A stretch of 64,000 bases of DNA from Felis catus (lineage: Eukaryota), in contig NC_058381.1 of the NCBI RefSeq assembly GCF_018350175.1, forward strand, positions 2,418,001 to 2,482,000, given 5' to 3'. Below the pieces are notes generated by a model. That model made no database searches, was not told the origin of the DNA, and was given only the letters and a program-made list of their open reading frames with translations. Position 1 is the first letter of the stretch, and the number at the start of each line of letters is the position of its first letter. Both the position numbers and the translations under genes were made by a program. Below are positions 37,363 through 59,612 of this stretch, one piece after another.

Positions 37363-38149
37363 TTTTGAGGTGGTCTCAAGCTCGGAAGACTGGGGTGGGG
37401 ACATACTGGAGGCAGCCAAGAGCTAACAGGAACAGAGGCTTCTTCTAGGGTTGACTGGAACCCTGGGTTTGACGACTCACGAATCTCCGTGCCTCCCTTT
37501 TCCCTTTCCGCCCCCATCCCCTGGACTTCGACTTCACGGATATTAAAGAAGTGTAATCTCTTGCTCTCGTCCCCCATCCAGCCCCACATTCTTGGGGGGT
37601 GGGGGGAGAAAAGGGGGGCAGTGCCAGGCCTTGGTGGAGACCTACTTTAAGTCCCACTGGAATGCTTCCAGAACAGCACCACCATCTAGCGGCAGCTTGA
37701 GAGAAGCAGCCTGCCTGTTGGCAGAAGTCCACGAAGCCTCCCTCCACTCGGGAAACTCCTGGTTCCCCACGCCACACCTCTCTCCAGGTACCCGCTGCCT
37801 CCTCCCTCCACAAGAAGCCCCGCCCTCACCTCCCTCTCCACCAACGGGGCCCCGGCTCGGCTCCCATGACTATCTCCAGGGGTGTGTTTATTGTGCGCCC
37901 GTCTGTGGGGGGGGGGGGGTGCCCGACGACGACGACGACAGTCCCTTTGCAGACACACCACCCTACGGGTGCCAAGTTCCGCCTTTCCTGCCCTCCGCTC
38001 CCCTAGCGTGACGGGCCCTCCAAGCCTCTCGGGGCTGGGACGGGTCGCCGGGCAGCCTGGGGTAAATCTTGGCCCGAATGCTGGTCTTCCTTCACTCCTC
38101 GAGCTTTCTTTCTGCTCAAGACCCGCTTAAACTTAAATAGGAGAGTAAA

Positions 38150-39040
38150 CGACGTCCCCCGCTGCCTTGCCTCAGCCCCGTCCCTGTACCGGGATCTCCC
38201 GGCCCTCCCGGCTGTCCTCCGGCGCGCCGCCGGGGACCGAGGTACCAAGGCCCCGGGGTTCGGGCCCCGCCAGCGCCGAGAAGCGCTACGCAGCGGGACA
38301 CGCAGCGGTGGGGGACGCGCAGGCGCAAAAGGGAGCGCGATGGGCTAGTCGCGCCCGGCCGGGAGCCGCCAGCGTGCGCAGGCGCAGCCCTGCACGGGGC
38401 TCGGGGGCGGGACGGTCCCGTGGCGTCTACGTTCGGGGGTAGGCGGGACTAGGCGCGCGCTGGCCGCGCCGGCGCTGTTCGCCGGCTGTGACGTACTAAT
38501 CGTGCGCCGCCAGCGCCGGTGGGCCTGGGGCTCGCGGGAGGGGAAGGAGGAGAAGGAGGAGGAGGAGGAGGGGGAGGTGGTGGAGGTGGAGGCTGGAGCA
38601 GAGCAAGCGGCGGCCGCGGCGGGGCGGCTNNNNNNNNNNNNNNNNNNNNNNNNNNNNNNNNNNNNNNNNNNNNNNNNNNNNNNNNNNNNNNNNNNNNNNN
38701 NNNNNNNNNNNNNNNNNNNNNNNNNNNNNNNNNNNNNNNNNNNNNNNNNNNNNNNNNNNNNNNNNNNNNNNNNNNNNNNNNNNNNNNNNNNNNNNNNNNN
38801 NNNNNNNNNNNNNNNNNNNNNNNNNCCCTGCCGCGGCCTCTCCCATTCCTGGATCTCATTCCCACCAAACCGGGGCCCAGGAGGCCCTCGAAGGGGCTTC
38901 TTCAGGCCCTCGGGCGCCGAACTGTCCAGGACCAAACCGGTGTGGGACGCATTCTGGCCCCCGGGAGCGGAGCAGGAGAGGGGGCTGGGCCAACCTGGCT
39001 CACGCGGCTCAGTTCTGTCCCAGCGGCTTGATCCGGCTGC
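38150..39040. promoter_or_regulatory. SENP3 promoter CpG island / non-coding exon 1 (partly N gap 38630-38825)
   Basis: CpG-dense; NRF1-like GCGCAGGCGCA motifs, CRE-like TGACGT, GGA-rich tract. Confidence 0.8.
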
Positions 39041-39635
39041 CTGAGCACCGGTTGGGTTCTCTTTCAGTTTCCCTTAACATTCTTCCGTTTTCGTTAGATT
39101 TTACTACCTGAACCATAGCCCTGGGATCCCCATTCCCTCCTGAGACGACCTGAGCACGCCCGTACCCTCCCCACCCCACCCCATTCATTCCGAGGTGGTA
39201 GAGCACTCTCTCCCCACTCTAGACCCCGGTTTCCCCGTGGAAGCTGTGTCCTCAGGTATCTCTGTATCCTGTCAGGAGTCTCCTGCTGAGCCATTGCCCT
39301 TACTAGGTTCTCAATTAGGATACTCCTGGTGGCATTAAATACTGACAATGGTGGCTTTAACCTGGGGGTCCGAGTAATAAGATCCTGCTGCTTAGCCATT
39401 CTCCCTTGCTCCTCTGTGGTCGGGGGAGAGATGGGGGCATGGACTCTGAAGGGCCCCTGTGGGTCTTGTTAACCGAAAAGATCGGAAATTCGTAGGGGTT
39501 TTGCGCTTTTTCCTCTTTTCTTAGGTTATTTGTATCTGATTCCAGAGGAGGCGTGCTGAGGAAGAGAGGCAGGATTTGGGGTGCGGGGTGTTTGCATTCT
39601 GACACTCTAACCATTGTTTTACAGGCTACCGGAAG

Positions 39636-42600
39636 ATGAAAGAGACTATACAAGGGACCGGGTCTTGGGGGCCTGAGCCTCCTGGACCTGGCGTGGCCCC
39701 GGCTTACTCAAGTCCCAGGCGGGAGCGTCTTCGTTGGCCCCCACCCCCTAAACCCCGACTTAAATCAGGTGGAGGGTTTGGGCCAGATCCTGGGTCAGGG
39801 ACCACAGTGCCAGCCAGACGCCTCCCTGTCCCTCGGCCCTCTTTTGATGCGTCAGCTAGTGAAGAGGAGGAGGAAGAAGAGGACGATGAGGATGAAGATG
39901 AGGAAGAGGAAGGGGCAGCTTGGAGGCTGCCCCCCAGATGGGGTCAGCTGGGAACCTCCCAGCGGCCTCGCCCTCCTCGCCCTACTCATCGGAAAACCTG
40001 CTCCCAGCGCCGCCGCAGAGCCATGCGAGCCTTCCGGATGCTGCTGTACTCAAAAAGCACCTCGTTGACATTCCACTGGAAGCTTTGGGGGCGCCACCGG
40101 GGCCGGCGGCGGAGCCTCGCACACCCCAAGAACCATCTTTCACCCCAGGAAGGGGGTGCGACACCACAGCTGCCATCCCCCTGCTGTCGTTTTGACTCCC
40201 CTCGGGGGCCACCTCCGCCCCGGCTCGGTCTGCTAGGTGCTCTCATGGCTGAGGACGGGGTGAGAGGGTCTCCACCAATGTCCTCTGGGCCCCCAGTGGA
40301 GGAAGATGGATTAAGGTGGACTCCAAAGTCTCCTCTGGACCCTGACTCCGGTAAGGTGGGAATGGGGTGTGGGAAGGGTGGGGGCAGGGTTCAGATCCAG
40401 GAGGATTGGGAGCCTCTTGCTGTGGTGAGAGCCGGGCCTAAGGAAGGTGGGACGGCAGAGCGAGGGGGTCCAGAATAGCTGTGAAATGTCTTAAGCCCCA
40501 CTTTGAGCAAGATCTAAGTCTGGGGAGACGGTCAAGGCCGGGTGACAGAGTCCCCGAGCCGAGTAGGCGTCCTGTGTACAGACGAGAACGGGAGATGAGG
40601 TTTAGAAAAGTTAGTCTTATTATCCACGCAAGCTCCCTTTTCGTTTGGCCTTTCCGAATAAAGGGGCCCTTGCCTGTGCATCTGCGAAGGGTGCCACTCT
40701 AGTGCTGGGATGGGATTTCTCTGCAGTTACCACCTGTATAGCCGTGTGTGACATTCGCACTCGGAATGTTTCTTTCGGGGACGCAAGCAGACCATGTCAG
40801 GCTGTGTTTTAATCAGTCCCTGGAGTATTTATCGAGCCTTCGGTGTGCACCGGGTGCCGTACTCGGTGCCAGGTATATATGGTGGTGGTAAATGTCTCGG
40901 ACGTGTGCCTCTCTCCGAGTCTTAAGTCTTTTTTTGCTTCTGTGCCGAGCACCTCTTCTCTTCAGTTCCTCTGTAACCTGTTAGACATGCTTCTCTCACG
41001 CTTTACGGTTTCCATCCCCTAGAGTTCCTATCGGGAGATTCCGTTTCGGTTCCTCCCCGTGGTCTTAGAATTTGTATCGTTTGATCTCACCATTGTTCCT
41101 CGATCTTAGCCAATTTCTCATCCCCATCCTGTTTCCCCTGCGCTGTAGGCCTCCTCTCCTGTACTCTTCCCAATGGCTTTGGGGGACCACCTGGGCCAGA
41201 AGGGGAGCGAGGCCTGGCACCCCCTGACGCCAGCATCCTCATCAGCAATGTGTGCAGCATCGGGGACCACGTGGCCCAGGAGCTTTTTCAGGGCTCAGAC
41301 CTGGGCACCGCAGAAGAGGCGGAGCGGCCCGGGGAGAAGGCCGGCCAGCACAGCCCCCTGCGAGAGGAGCATGTGACCTGCGTGCAGAGTAAGGGAGCCC
41401 AGACGGCCGGGCCTTCTCTTCTCTCATCCAGCTCCTAAGTTGGAGTGTGGAGGCCTCACACGCTCCTCTTCCTCTCCACTCAGGCATCTTGGATGAATTC
41501 CTTCAGACTTACGGCAGCCTCATTCCCCTCAGCACTGATGAGGTGGTGGAGAAACTGGAGGACATCTTTCAGCAGGAGTTCTCTACACCTTCCAGGTGAG
41601 GCAGGACAGGGGGGGGTCCTCAGAAGAGGGCCGGGGCCTGAGGGACCCTAGGGGTCAGGGGTCGGGAGAGAATGCTGCCCAGAGGGACCGACGCAGGGGA
41701 GGAGGAGGGAGCAGGGACCGAGGGGGAGGAATCTGCAGGTGAAGCGCGAAGCCCCTGTAAGCAGATGGGGGCAGTCCTTCCCCGGCCCCCTGAAATATGC
41801 CCCGTGCTCACGTGCCTCCTTCCAAGGAGCGGGCCCTTCAGCAGGCCCTCGGAAGGCTACGCGAGCCCCGACGGGGACTAGTTGAGACAGATCCTGCTTC
41901 TGGGCAGTAGAAGGTCCTTCTGTATGCCCTAGCCCCCTCGTCTCTTGTGTGACTCCACCCTTGGCCTACTCAGGAAGGGCCTGGTGCTGCAGCTCATCCA
42001 GTCGTACCAGCGCATGCCAGGCAACGCCATGGTGAGGGGCTTCCGAGTGGCCTATAAGCGGCACGTGCTGACGATGGACGACCTGGGGACTCTGTACGGA
42101 CAGAACTGGCTCAATGACCAGGTGAGGAGGAGGGAGAAACGGGCCCCGAAGGGGATGTGGGGAGCAGGGTGTCTGGGGCCCTCTGCTCGGGGGAGCCCTG
42201 TGCCCATGCTGCGCCCTCCATGGCAAGTTGCCGCCTGTCTTCTCCCCAGGTGATGAACATGTATGGAGACCTGGTCATGGACACGGTCCCTGAAAAGGTA
42301 GGCCTGACAGGGTACTTCAGTCCCCAGGAGAACTTCTGCAGATCCCAGCAGCTTTTGCACTCCCTTTGATCTCTTCCCTTTTCACGGAGGGAGGATCTTT
42401 GTTTGGGGGAGAGGTGGTAAAAGGCGGTCTGTTAAATTCAAACCTGTAACCTAGGTCCTGAACTTCTCTGTTCCTTTCCCCCCAGTCGGCAGTGGTTCTC
42501 CCTGTGGCTCACCCCACCAGTTGGGAGGGGCAGCAGGAAGAGAATTGGGTTTCTGCCCCCAGTGGATTGCAGTGGAGGTTGTTGAAACTGGCCCTTGGAG

Positions 42601-44911
42601 CCCCAGTGACATGGAGCGGACTGGGCGGAGGAGACTTGGCAGGGAGGCCTGAAGCTCTTTTAACTCCATCCAGCTCTTTTGTGTCATTGGCACAGGTGCA
42701 TTTCTTCAACAGTTTCTTCTACGATAAACTCCGTACCAAGGGTTATGATGGGGTGAAAAGGTGGACCAAAAACGTGAGTTGCCAGTTCACGTGTATGTGG
42801 GTAACGCCTTGCCTGTAAAGGATTAGAGTTCCGCTTTCTAGGAGTCCCTTCCCTGAGGCTGCTCACTCAGTCTTTCAAGTAACATGGGTCTTCTGTGTGT
42901 TCGGTACTGTCGTGGGCAGCAAGGACTCGGTGTTAAGTAAGGAAGACTTCTCGCCTTCGTGGAGTGTGAATAAGTAAGTTAAATTTCAGCTAGCGTTAGG
43001 CGCCGTGAACAAATTAAAAGGGAGATGTAGTAGCGTGGAATGTGGGTGGCTCCGGGAAGGCCACTCTTCTCTGAGCCTGGAATGACGAGGGCCCGGTCAC
43101 GTGTGGCTCGGGGGCAAGAGTGGTTTAGGCGAAGGGGACGGCGAGTACGTGGGACACAAGGTGAGACTGTGGGGGGCCCAGAAGGCCCACAGGAGTGTCT
43201 GGTGTGGTTGGGGCAGGGTGAGCGGGGGGAATATGATCAGAAGCTTGGCCAGGGCTGATCGCGTGGGGCGTGGAGGCCGCCGTCACCGTGTGCGCTGAGG
43301 CGCCGTTGACGAGCCTTAAGCAGGCTGGGAAGAGCCTCCTGTTTTGACGGAGATTGGAAGTGGGGCAAGAGTGGGAGCAGGCGGACTAACTAGGAGGCGA
43401 GCAAAGGAGGCGAGACAGACGCTCGACCAGGATGCTGAGGGAGGAGCAGGAGCGCTCTCTAGGATGGGTTTTGCAGGTAGAACCGAAGTACTTTCTGGAG
43501 GGTTGGACGAGGGAATGAAGAAAAACTCGGAATCAGGGTGATGCCTGGGTTTGTAGCAGACGTTACTGGGGAAGACAGGAGAGAGCACTTTTGGCGAGGG
43601 GGCAAAGATAGTTCTCGTTAGTTTCCCTGCCCTGCAATTCCAAGGCCAGGAAATTTCTACAGTGAGGTAGGACCGTGGGCTGCAGCATTTCTTAGTTTCT
43701 GTCCCCAGGCTCAGGAGCTCACACCCTCCCCGACCTGGCAGGCCTACTGCTCCCGATAGAGGTGGGGGGACCTACAGTGAAAGAACTTGGCCTCTGCATA
43801 CTGCATCTGAGTCCCACCTCTGCCCCTTCCGTGACCTTCAGCAAGTTGCCTAGTCTTCTAAGCTGCCGTTTCCTCCGTTAGATCGAGGGAGGGAACTTCC
43901 TCGGAGGATTGTTGTGGTAACTGACCGACCAGTTGCCGGGGACCCAGCGTTGTCCTCGGTGTGACTTAATTCTCAGAACAAACAGAGGAGGTAGCGGCTG
44001 TCGTTTCCAGTGAAGAGAACGGAGGCGTATAGAGTGGCTCGCCCATGGCCACGAGCTAGGAAAGGCAGGAGCTAGATCTAAACCCCCCCAGTCTGGCTCC
44101 AGAGTGCTGAGCCTCGGTTCTTCGCTCCTGAGCACTGGTACCTTTAATGTGTAGAAAGTACCCGGGCCATCCTGGGCTCTCAGGTGTGTGCTCTGACACC
44201 GCCCCTTCCGGTGGAGGGCTGGGCCTTGTACCCTCCCATGCGGCTTCCTGCCAGCGCCTCCACTCGTCTCTAGACCCCTCGTGACGGTAGGCGGGACTCT
44301 CGTGCCCTCTGACCAGACCCCTGGCACTGCCCCCTTTAGGTGGACATCTTCAATAAGGAGCTACTGCTGATCCCCATCCACCTGGAGGTGCATTGGTCCC
44401 TCATCTCGGTTGACGTGAGGCGACGCACCATCACCTACTTTGACTCGCAGCGCACCCTGAACCGCCGCTGCCCTAAGGTCTGAGTGGGAAGGAGGGAGGC
44501 GGGAAGAGTGGGGAGGAAATCCAGTGGCGGCACTCGAGGCGGAAGGGTGGGCCTGGGGCCTCTGAGGAGCAAACCTGGGCTTGGTGCCTGTGACCACCAT
44601 ACCCCGGGCTCCTGTGGGAGACACCGGGCATCGCTCCCTCCTTTTCTCCGTCTGCACAGCATATTGCCAAGTACCTACAGGCAGAGGCCGTGAAGAAAGA
44701 CCGGCTGGATTTCCACCAGGGCTGGAAAGGTTACTTCAAAATGGTAAGTTTCTAGAGGGAGGAGTACGGGGTGGTGACAGAGGTAAGGCAGGAGGCAGAA
44801 GTTGAGGCCACACCCCTAGGAGCCTCCAAACGAAGGGCCTGCCTTCTTCTCCTTTTCTAGAATGTGGCCAGGCAGAATAATGACAGTGACTGCGGTGCCT
44901 TTGTGTTACAG
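39636..44911 (+). CDS. SENP3: SUMO-specific protease 3; 538 codons visible, final coding exon missing (N gap 45322-45477)
   Basis: Coding exons 39636-40350, 41149-41388, 41484-41595, 41974-42121, 42250-42297, 42696-42773, 44340-44477, 44660-44743, 44861-44911. [19 protein letters not shown]..., [30 protein letters not shown] (catalytic His), [16 protein letters not shown] (catalytic Cys). 3'UTR resumes after the gap; AATAAA at 45880-45885. Non-coding exon 1 probably lies in the CpG island at ~38.2-38.9 kb. Confidence 0.97.
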
Positions 44912-45321
44912 GTAAGCAGATGGCAGCTGGGTTAAAGGGCTGGGCAGGAGGAGGGAGGCTGTTCTGCAACCCGCCCCCGCCCCGTTGCTCACAGCCCCTT
45001 GTGGAGCAGAGAGTAACCTTAGGTGTCAGAAAGCGCAAACATGGATTTCGTCGGCTCTCCTGGCTTCCCCGTCCCACATCGGGACTGGGTCTCTTGCTCC
45101 TTGGTTTCTGGCCCTAAGAAGAGTGGCCTCCTAACCGCCAATGCAGAGTATTTTAACACCGGGTATTTCAGGTACCAAGAGCAGGGATTTTAGACTTTGA
45201 GCCCCAGGCTGGGGCACCTTGGCTCCCTTTGTGAAATGTGGATGTTCTCTGAAAGTTCCAGGGAGGTGGATCTCACTCACACGAAGGGGGTAGCACAGGT
45301 CCTGACTTGGGGGGTGGGGGA

Positions 45322-45477
45322 NNNNNNNNNNNNNNNNNNNNNNNNNNNNNNNNNNNNNNNNNNNNNNNNNNNNNNNNNNNNNNNNNNNNNNNNNNNNNNN
45401 NNNNNNNNNNNNNNNNNNNNNNNNNNNNNNNNNNNNNNNNNNNNNNNNNNNNNNNNNNNNNNNNNNNNNNNNNNNNN
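45322..45477. other. Assembly gap covering the SENP3 last coding exon; other gaps at 20954-21100, 38630-38825, 47148-47287, 52025-52166, 52188-52350, 52541-52673, 63704-63834
   Basis: N runs; flanks match SENP3 intron and 3'UTR context. Confidence 0.9.
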
Positions 45478-46733
45478 CTCAAGCCCGTTTATGAATGGGC
45501 GTGGGGACTTGGGGGACCCTTCCTTCCCAAGAAACTCCCATTCCTTTCCTCTCTTGCCTCTCCCCACCCAGTTCCCTTTTGGTTTTTCATATTTAAATGT
45601 TTTAATTGATTTCTGTATTTTTTTTTTCCTTTTGAGAGAATACTTGTTGATTTCTGATGTTCAGGGGGTGGCCATGAAAAAGCCTCTTTTTTCTCTGTGC
45701 CCTGGGGGAGCGTGGCCTTGCGGCCTGGGTGGGGCAGCCATCCATCCCCCTTCTGTGTGCAGGGGCGGGGGCAGGAAAATCTGTGCTGGGGGTGGAGGGC
45801 GGGCAAAGGGATTCCGGCCTGCCAGATCTTCAAACTTTTTTTTATATATATATATAAATGCCACGGTCCTGCTCTGGTCAATAAAGGATCCTTTGGAGAT
45901 ATACAGTGGTGGTCGTCCTTAAGGGGCATCAAACTAGTGGATATGCTCGCTCTCAGGCTTTGATTCAGCAGCCCCTGTTAGCTCCCCTTTTCGTGGGCAT
46001 GGAGACCTCAGCCTTCCACCCCTGGCTCGCTGGCTTGAGAGGTGCTGGAGCTGGGCAACAGGACACTTAAGAGAGCCAGCCAAAGTTCATGACAGCGACC
46101 CCAAATGCTGGGGAAGCCAGGAAGTCGGCTGTTCCATCCCTGTCCCTCCCTGTGGCCGGGGGGGTGGGGGTGGGGGGCCCTGTCGCGGGGGCGTACCGCC
46201 TGATCCCATCATCCCCGGCACCCCCGGAACGGGGCGGGACGGTGTCCGATCTACCTTTGCTCCAGGAGAGAACGGAACAGAATGTAGGTCCAGGACAGAC
46301 TCAGACCAGAGGCGAAGGGAAGCGGCGGTCTCTGGAGCCCGGAAGTCCCTGGAGGCTGAAACCTCGCCCCTCTCGCGTGATAGGGCGCGCTGGGCCACAT
46401 GACCAAGGCGCTCTCGCCTCCGCACGTGTAGGGGCGCTGGGCCCCAAGATGGCTGCCAGGCCTCGAGGCCCGACTCCCATATGTCACTTCCGTACCGGCG
46501 AGAAAGGCGGGCCCCAGAGCCAATGGGGCCGCGGGGCGGGTCTTCCCCTTGACAGATGTCCAGGCGATCCAATGGTGGCCGCGTGCCGGAGCTCCTGCGA
46601 GCTGACGTCACGCCGAGTCGCTGAACGCCGGCAGGCGGGGCCGAGGCGGCCAAGCCAATGCGATGGCTGGGGCGGGGTCGGGCGCTCTATAAGTTGTCGA
46701 TAGGCGGGCACTCCGCCCTAGTTTCTAAGGATC

Positions 46734-52024
<5,291 letters not shown>

Positions 52025-52842
52025 NNNNNNNNNNNNNNNNNNNNNNNNNNNNNNNNNNNNNNNNNNNNNNNNNNNNNNNNNNNNNNNNNNNNNNNNNNNN
52101 NNNNNNNNNNNNNNNNNNNNNNNNNNNNNNNNNNNNNNNNNNNNNNNNNNNNNNNNNNNNNNNNNNCAGGCTTCAGTCCTTGGGGGGNNNNNNNNNNNNN
52201 NNNNNNNNNNNNNNNNNNNNNNNNNNNNNNNNNNNNNNNNNNNNNNNNNNNNNNNNNNNNNNNNNNNNNNNNNNNNNNNNNNNNNNNNNNNNNNNNNNNN
52301 NNNNNNNNNNNNNNNNNNNNNNNNNNNNNNNNNNNNNNNNNNNNNNNNNNAGGCGCCGTCTCTTCTCCCAAAAACACTAATCCATGTCCGTAACCCACTC
52401 AGCCTCCAGACCCCAGAGGCTCTCCCCCACCCAGCTGCCCGCCTCTAAAGAGGATTCAAGGGGCTATAGTGTCACCCAACCTCATTTGCTGGACCAAATC
52501 TGGAGAACCCTTGAGCTAGGTGGCCCATGGGGTTGTCCCCNNNNNNNNNNNNNNNNNNNNNNNNNNNNNNNNNNNNNNNNNNNNNNNNNNNNNNNNNNNN
52601 NNNNNNNNNNNNNNNNNNNNNNNNNNNNNNNNNNNNNNNNNNNNNNNNNNNNNNNNNNNNNNNNNNNNNNNNNTTGCCTCCCCTTCCCTCCCACCCGTTA
52701 CTGGGTACATCTCTGGCTGGGTCCCCAGCTACTACCCTTCTAGATTTCCCTTGTGTCCAACTATGTGACTGGGAAATGGTCACGATGACTGGGTAACATG
52801 ACCCTCTGTACATGGTTGGGCGCGGGCGCCATCACAAGTGCC

Positions 52843-53160
52843 TCACGTGTCTCCAAGAGGAAGTAACAGATGGAGGGAAGAGGGAGTAAACCGCCCCCCC
52901 CTTCCTCCTAGAGAACAGGGAGGGAAGAGGCCATCTCCCCCCCTGGTTCCCTAACAGCTTGGAACCCCTCCCCTCAGGGCTTTCCTAAAGCAGACAAGTG
53001 AGTCCCCATGGGACAGCGGCCCCCTAACTCCCTGTGGCTCATTCGTGCAGCCAAGGCCAATCCCCTAATTTGGTGATGACAGTTCAATGACTAAGCGGTG
53101 GCTGGGGCTGAGGTGCCTGAGTCAGGTTGGGGACAGGCGCTGTCTCAGTTGCAGGAAGTC
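52843..53160 (+). promoter_or_regulatory. CD68 myeloid promoter elements
   Basis: TCACGTG E-box/CLEAR-like 52843-52849, GAGGAAGT PU.1/ETS 52857-52864, TGACTAAGC ARE-like 53088-53096, TGAGTCA AP-1 53118-53124, CAGGAAGT ~53152; TATA-less. Confidence 0.65.
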
Positions 53161-53265
53161 ATAAGCTTAATTCCTCCTTTTCCAAAAGAGCAGAGGGAAC
53201 AGGGTTGAGCAAGCAGCTGGGACTGACTGAACCTACCTGGACCGACTGGGTGAGGCTGTCCTGCC

Positions 53266-55021
53266 ATGAGGCTGGTGGTGGTTTTCTCGGGGGCCTTGTT
53301 GGGGCTTCTAGTCGGTAAGGAGACAGGCCCAAAGGGGAGGGCCCCTGGGGGGAGCGCGCCCCTGGGCCGCTAACCAAGCTGTTCCTCTGCTCAAAGCCCA
53401 AGGGACAGTGAATAGCTGTCCTCACAAAAAATCGGCCACTCTGCTGCCATCCTTCACGGTGACACCCACAGCTACAGAAAGCACAGCAAGGCCCGCGACC
53501 ACCAGCCACAGAACCACCACCGCGGGCGCCACCAGCCACGAGCCCACAACGGCCACCCACCATACGGTCACCACCCCCAGTCACGGGAACGCCACGGTTC
53601 ACCCGACGACAAACAACAGCACGGCCACCAGCCCGAGAGCCCCCACCACTGCCCCCCACCCGGGACCCCCTCCACCCCCTCCAAGCCCGAGCCCAGGCTC
53701 CAAGGGCGCTGTAGGGGACTACACATGGACTAATGGCTCCCAGCCCTGCGTCCGGCTCCAAGGCCAGATCCAGATCGGAATTCTGTACCCGACCCAGGGC
53801 GGAGGAAAGGTAAAGCTCGGGGACCGTGGACATGAGGGGAAGCCAGTGAGGCCACAGGCCGTGGCTCAGAAGGAAGAGTGGAGGAGGGCGCGGGGTGGGG
53901 ATGAAGGAGACCTCGGATGGCACGGCTGCGTTCTTACAAAACTGCTGAACTTCTGCAGGCCTGGGGCATCTCTGTGCTGAACCCCAACAAAACCAAGGCA
54001 CAGGGGGACTGTGAGGGTGCCCACACCCACCTGCTTCTCTCGTTCCCCTACGGACAGCTCAGCTTTGGATTCAAGCAGGTACTTCGCCCTCAGCCCTCAC
54101 CCTCCACGCGCCCTTCCCCTCCCTGTCCCTCGCTGTGCCCCCGACCCCATGGACACGGACGCCACTCTCCCCAGCCACCCTGAGCCTTCCCGGTCCCCTT
54201 CTCAGGAGCCACAGCAGAGCGCTGTCTACCTGAGCTACATGGCTCTGGAGTACAACGTGTCCCTTCCACAGGCGGCACGTGAGTGACCTCCCCTCCCGTC
54301 GTCCCTTGCACTGGCTGCCTGCGCTCCTGCGAGGGGGTGGGGGGCTGAGCCGAGGGGTGGGGACACGGACACAGAGCTGACCCTTCCTCACTCTTCCAGA
54401 GTGGATGTTCTCCGTTGAGAACTCATCCCTTCACGCTCTCCAAGCCCCCCTGGGCCAGAGCTTCAGCTGCGGGAACGCAAGCCTCTCTCTCTCCCCAGCA
54501 CTGCGCCTTGACCTGCTACACCTGAGGCTCCAGGCTGCCCAGCTGCCCCCCTCAGGGGCCTTTGGGCCAAGTAAGACCTACTCCTTGCCTTACCCGCCCC
54601 CCCAGGCCCCACCCCCCACCGTGTCCCTGTCCACCCCGCCCCACCCCAGGCCTCCCTGCTCCCACCCCGAACTTTCCTTCCTCTCTCAGGCTGCTCGTAA
54701 CTATAGAGCACGTGTTCTTCCTCCAGAAGACTCTGTCCCCTTCTCCTCTTTTATCTACTGCTCAGAGTCAGCTAGGAGAGCTCCTCCCCAGTCCCCCTAC
54801 TTCCCTACAAGCGCCACCTCCCCTCCACCCTCTTCCCACCTGTCCCCAGCACCACCACCACGCCTCCCTGCCCTCCCCTTCGGCCAGGTTTCCCTTGTCC
54901 GACTGACCAGTTCCTCCTGCTGCCCCTCGTCATTGGCCTGGTCTCCCTGGGCCTCCTCGCCCTGGTGCTCGCTACGGTCTGCATCGTCCGGAGACGCCCG
55001 CCCACCTACCAGCCCCTCTGA
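53266..55021 (+). CDS. CD68: CD68 / macrosialin (LAMP family), 6 exons, 319 aa
   Basis: Exons 53266-53314, 53397-53809 (AAG acceptor), 53959-54078, 54206-54278, 54400-54570, 54888-55021 (960 nt). Signal peptide MRLVVVFSGALLGLL, CPHKKSATLLPSFTVTPT, Thr-rich mucin domain, Pro hinge, LAMP domain, TM and cytoplasmic RRRPPTYQPL (YxxPhi). AATAAA at 55199-55204. Confidence 0.97.
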
Positions 55022-55849
55022 GCTCGAGGCCCAGGGGCTGCCTTCACTCCTCACCACTCAGCTGACTCAGAAACAAAGCGGCCTTCCTTCCCTCTCAGTC
55101 TTTGAGAACAAAAGTACAGATAATGCAACCTGGGGGGGGGGACGAGAGGAAAGAGGTTTATTGAATGTGATGAGTTTCTCCTCCCCCGTCCCCAGAAAAA
55201 TAAAACTTGCTCCAACCTCTGTCCTTGCTTTCCCCCGTCCTTCTGGCTGGGATGAAAAGCCGTGAGTTTCTTGTCCCGTGCCTTTCTGCGCCTTCCGCGG
55301 TTGAGTCTCAGGGAGCCAGACAGCTAGTGAGGGACGAAAACGCTGTGTGTGACCACATGTCCTCATGGGTTGCCCCCCCCCCAACCGCCACCGCCACCAA
55401 CCTGGCAGAGGCTGGTGGAGGGTCTGCCTCCACCCCTTCCTCCTCCTCTGGGGCCCCTGGCTGGCTGCTCTGGTTCCCCCACCCCTCCAATCCTGTTAGG
55501 TAAATACAGGTGAAGCAGGTAGATCACACCTGTGCCATTTCCTTTCCCAAGGCCCCTTAGCAACGGAATGCTCTGCCTTGCCCGTGCTCCTCTCTCACCT
55601 GCAAAGGGTTTCATCAGCCCTGGCAGCAGCAGGTACCCTGCCCTGCACGTGCAATTCTCCTCTGTGCTCCTAGGAAAAACATGCCTCCAGCCTGAGCCAC
55701 CCACCAAGCCGACCCTTAAGCCCTCCCAGTGGCGGTCTCCCTGCTGGGAGTGGGTGGCACCCCGGGACAGCCAGTGTCCAGAATCTAGAAAGGGCCTCCC
55801 GTACAGCCACAGCCTGCACCACGACTGAGGGTCAAGGGGCAATGGCTGG

Positions 55850-59612
<3,763 letters not shown>

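Noticed and set aside
53159-54001. 280-aa antisense ORF over CD68 exon 2
   Set aside because: Mirror of the Thr/Pro-rich coding strand, with no independent support.
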